In this document: in pieces, positions 60,349 through 64,000 of the stretch
Layout: every line of letters starts with the position of its first letter
Numbering within the stretch: the first letter of the stretch is position 1
Assembly (NCBI GenBank): GCA_032718475.1
Contig: JAUCBJ010009037.1
Location: 1 to 64,000, forward strand
Reading direction: 5' to 3'
DNA length: 64,000 bases
Source: Nemertoderma westbladi
Taxonomy: Eukaryota > Animalia > Xenacoelomorpha
Notes under the pieces: generated by a model
Told to the model about the DNA's origin: nothing
What the model saw: the letters and a program-made list of their open reading frames with translations, nothing else
The model's database searches: none
Made by a program: the position numbers and the translations under genes

Positions 60349-63300
60349 TCACGTTAGGGAGTCCCTAGATGTTTGAGGAATTAGGGAGGTGGTCGTGGGA
60401 AGAGTGTCTTGCCTTCCATAGTTTCCAGAGAGTTCCCTGTCTCTTTCCAGTAAACATAAACGACCAACTGGGCGATTGAGTTGTTGCGTCTCAAAGATGA
60501 TGCCTGGTTTCTTGAAGTTACGCCGCATGACGATGAGTTCTACTGAGCGTACTAAACCATCATCTGAAATGTGTGTCTCGATGATACGACCTGTCTGCCA
60601 CCGTTTACGTGGGAGGTCTGGATCTACAATAAGCACCATATCTCCGGTGCTGACGTTTTCTTGCTGCGCAAACCACTTAGTTCGAAGTTGTAGCGTGGAC
60701 AGATAATGTTTCTCGAAATGGTCAGCGAAACGACGGGATAGCAACTGCATAAGTTGCCAAGTTCGACGGCAGTATTCGTCTCCGTCGGCAATCTCCGATC
60801 GTGGGAGCATGGCTACGGGTTTCTTCAGTAGGAAGTGCGCGGGTGTTAGCGCTTCCAGGGAATCGGGACTCGATGAGACTGGCATAAGCGGTCTCTCGTT
60901 GAGATAGGCAGCGATTTCCTCCATTAACGTCCGCAAAAGTTCGTCGGTGAGATACGCGCGGCATGGCACTATAAAGTGAAATGCGGTTTTGACACTTCGA
61001 ATTAATCTCTCCCAACTTCCTCCCCACCAAGGGGCGTCGGCAGCGTTGAAGGTCCAGCTAGACGCTGTTATCCTTAGCTGGTCGTCCACCTGTCTTTGGT
61101 TCCAGTCCTTCACGTAAGCCTGTATCTCGTTGTTGGCACCTATGAAGTTCGTTCCTTTATCCGATCTCATGGTATTACTCGTCCCGAAGCGAGCGATCTG
61201 TCGTCGTAAACTTAAGACGAAGCTGTTAGTAGATAGATCGTTCACCATATCGAGATGGATGGCTCTACAAGTCATGTACACGAAGATGACACACCATCTC
61301 TTGACTATAGTCCTCGCACGATATACTTCAATAGGGCCAAATAAATCTACACCAGTATTAGTAAAAGGTGGTTCATAGAAGCTTACTCGTTCCCTAGGTA
61401 ATTCTGCCTCTCGCTGTGTTAAAGGCCTACTGAATGCTTTCCTACAGGGTATGCAGTTCCTAAGAACTTGGTTCAGAGCTCTACGGGGTTTATCAAAATA
61501 ATAGCGAGTTCGAATTTCGCTAAGAATTCGTTCTCTACCAGCATGGTAAAGTTTACCGTGAACGTCTACAATCATCTTGATTTGTACTTCAAGATTTCTA
61601 ATAAGTATGGGGAATTTGGTGTCAAAGGATAAGGGCGCGTTGGTGAGTCTTCCTCCAACACGTATTAACCCATCTATCATTGTGCTCGAGAATCGATCCC
61701 TTAAGCGCATCTGTGGATTTCTCAACAACAGGAAGTACTTTTCGGAATCCTCATAGCATTGCAGGAGTCTCAGTATCTGTTTATTTGTTTCTTCATACTC
61801 CTGGTGACTAATTTTCTCTTTTAGAAAACGATCAGATATCTTATATTTGGGTAAATTCTTAATAACATGAACTTGTGCAGATGTCAATGGAGCGTGATCA
61901 CTAGTGGTCTTCGTCCTGGAGTAGTGATGATGAAAACATCGTCTTAAAAATGTGACGGCTTTACAGAGCCGATTCCAGGAACTGTAATGATGCATTGCTC
62001 TCTGCAGCATGGGTGAGATTCCTTGCGAGACGTCTGGTATTCCAGATTTCCAATCTCTATCTCGAATTTCCACAACAGACTTATTTGTGTTGAGGGATTG
62101 TGGATCCGAAACATCATTCCCGGAAGTGTGTAATACGGATAGATCGATAGTCGGTTTAAATAACTTTGATTTACTCGCCCGGGTTTTAGGTTTGACGGTC
62201 TCCGCTCCCTTGGCTTGTCTAATCTCTGCCGTAGTAAGGTGAGGAGGCCATTCATCCTCTTCCTTGCTCAGGAAGTCGGGTCCACCCAACCAATCTGGAG
62301 TATCTATCAGTTCCTGTGGAGTTGCTCCCCTGGAGGCGATATCGGCTGGATTAATCGTACCAGGGCAATGTCTCCATTGATCTATCTTTGTGCGACTAAG
62401 AATAATAGCTACTCGGTTAGTAACAAAAACGCTAAACTGACAGACTTCATTGGTGAGATACTCCAACACGAGTAAAGCGTCGGTCCAATAAACCGTTTTC
62501 TCCAGTGGATAGTCGATTTGTTCCGTTACGTTCCGGCCGATGGCTGTAGCGTATAAAGCCGCCTTTAACTCCGCTCGAGGAACCTTTAACTTGTTGTTAA
62601 TCAATGCCTTAGAGGTAACCAAGGCGACCTTGATTCCATCCGGAGTTTCGACTCGCAGATATGCTACTATACCTATTCCCATATCGCTGGCGTCTCCAAA
62701 CACATGGAGTTGATAGGAATACGTAGGAAGAACATGGCCAAAATATGCACGGGAAATTATAAAGTTCTCGATGGCAGGTAGAGAATCTTCCCATTTCATC
62801 CATTTCTTCAACAATTCTCCCTTAAGCGGATCGTCCCATGAGTGGTTTTCAAGCCACATCTGTTGTACTAAACTCCGAGCAATCAATATAACTGGGCTAA
62901 TAAATCCCAATGGGTCGAAATAAGTGCTCAGGATACTTAAACAAATCCGCTTGGTCCGAACTGGATTATCTCGCTGTTTTAACTGAAAAAACAGGATGTC
63001 TCTTTCAGTGTCCCACTTCAAGCCTAGCGTTTTGGTTTCAGGAAGATCGTCCTTTATTAAGTCTAGGTCTTTCGCTCCGCGATCTTCTACCGGTATGGCT
63101 ACCAGAAACTCACGGGAGTTGCTAGTGAATTTCGTCAGTCGAAATCCACCTCTTTTCAATCACTCTACCGTTCCTTTCGCGACAGCTATGGCTTCTTCTA
63201 CTGATGAAAGGGACCTTAAATTGTCGTCCATGTATATATTGCGTTTTATGTTGTCCATCACTTCTTTGGAGAAGGAGTCTCGGTTATCATTCGCAGTGGT

Positions 63301-64000
63301 TCGCACCACGGAGCAGGCGTTGGAAGGGCTTGATATGATCCCAAAAGCCTGGATGGTCATCCAGTACTCTACCGGTTTCTGGTTGAGGTCTCCTTCAGGC
63401 CACCACAGAAATCTCAGGCTGTCTCTATCTCTATCCAGCGCCTTGACTTGTAAGAACATTCCTTCGATATCAGAGGCGAACGCGATGGAATATTGTCTTA
63501 ATCTTAATAGTATTCCCAACAAAGATTGGAGTAAGTTGGGTCCTGGTAACAACTCGGAATTGAGGGATTGGCCCATATATAGCGCAGAGCCATTAAATAC
63601 GACTCGTACTTCATGGGGTTTACCGGGTTTGGGAACGTAATGATGTGTTAAATAATACGTTCTCTCAGTCACTGGTGTTCCTTCCGGTACTCGCTCCGCG
63701 TATCCCTTTGTTATAAATTTCTTCAGCTGAGTTTGGTACATTTCTTTCGCTGAAGCATTAGCTGTAAGTCGTCGATATAATTGAGCGATTCTTTTCTCTG
63801 CCAAGGGTCTGTTATTTATAAATCTAGGTTCTCGTTTTCGAAATGGTAGGCCGATTTCATACCTACCTTGGTCCTTTAAAAAACGTGTAGTTGTTTCCTG
63901 GATTTGCTTGGCTCTTTCTTCTTCTATCGATAGAGCCTTATCATATGAATTGGGCTCTACCAGTTCCTGAGTAAAGAATCGTACAGCTAGTTCGTCCCGA
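60349..64000 (-). pseudogene. BEL/Pao pol (RT, RNase H, integrase) with one in-frame stop
   Basis: GRYEIGLPF, RVVFNGS, DIEGMFLQV, YMDD; LHVFGDAS, PRAELKAA, YWTD; HGKLYHAG..CIPC, GVDLFGP, SDKGTNF, WWGGSWERL. TGA at 63160-63162 separates two same-frame ORFs. Confidence 0.92.

Larger units (their letters stand above)
53174..64000 (-). mobile_element. BEL/Pao LTR retrotransposon (3' part; continues beyond window)
   Basis: pol (RT-RNaseH-IN order), extra ORF, purine tract and 3' LTR, all on the minus strand. Confidence 0.93.

Overview
Eukaryotic (invertebrate-animal-like, AT-rich) genomic DNA with three host genes: a two-exon TCP11-like gene (-), an intronless SNX9/18/33-family sorting nexin (+) and an intronless clan-2-like cytochrome P450 (-). 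Most of the rest is transposon-derived. About 30 kb between TCP11-like and SNX holds deeply nested insertions, many with TIRs and TSDs that can be read directly: hAT (8-bp TSD), MULE-like (9-bp), CMC/EnSpm-like (2-bp) and a CAGT-terminus group (5-bp). The same region also holds a CR1/L2-type LINE and an RTE LINE interrupted by two convergent solo LTRs. Beyond SNX lie a 4-kb 33-bp satellite and the 3' part of a BEL/Pao LTR retrotransposon. Two observations stand out. (1) The BEL/Pao element carries an intact 1401-aa ORF in the env position, with no envelope features but a DEDDy-type 3'-5' exonuclease domain and a cluster of CCHC zinc knuckles. (2) A 5-bp-TSD DNA transposon carries a degenerate gene with an SRF-like MADS-box motif, convergent on a Cys-motif transposase-like fragment. 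All domain calls are by eye; no database searches were run.
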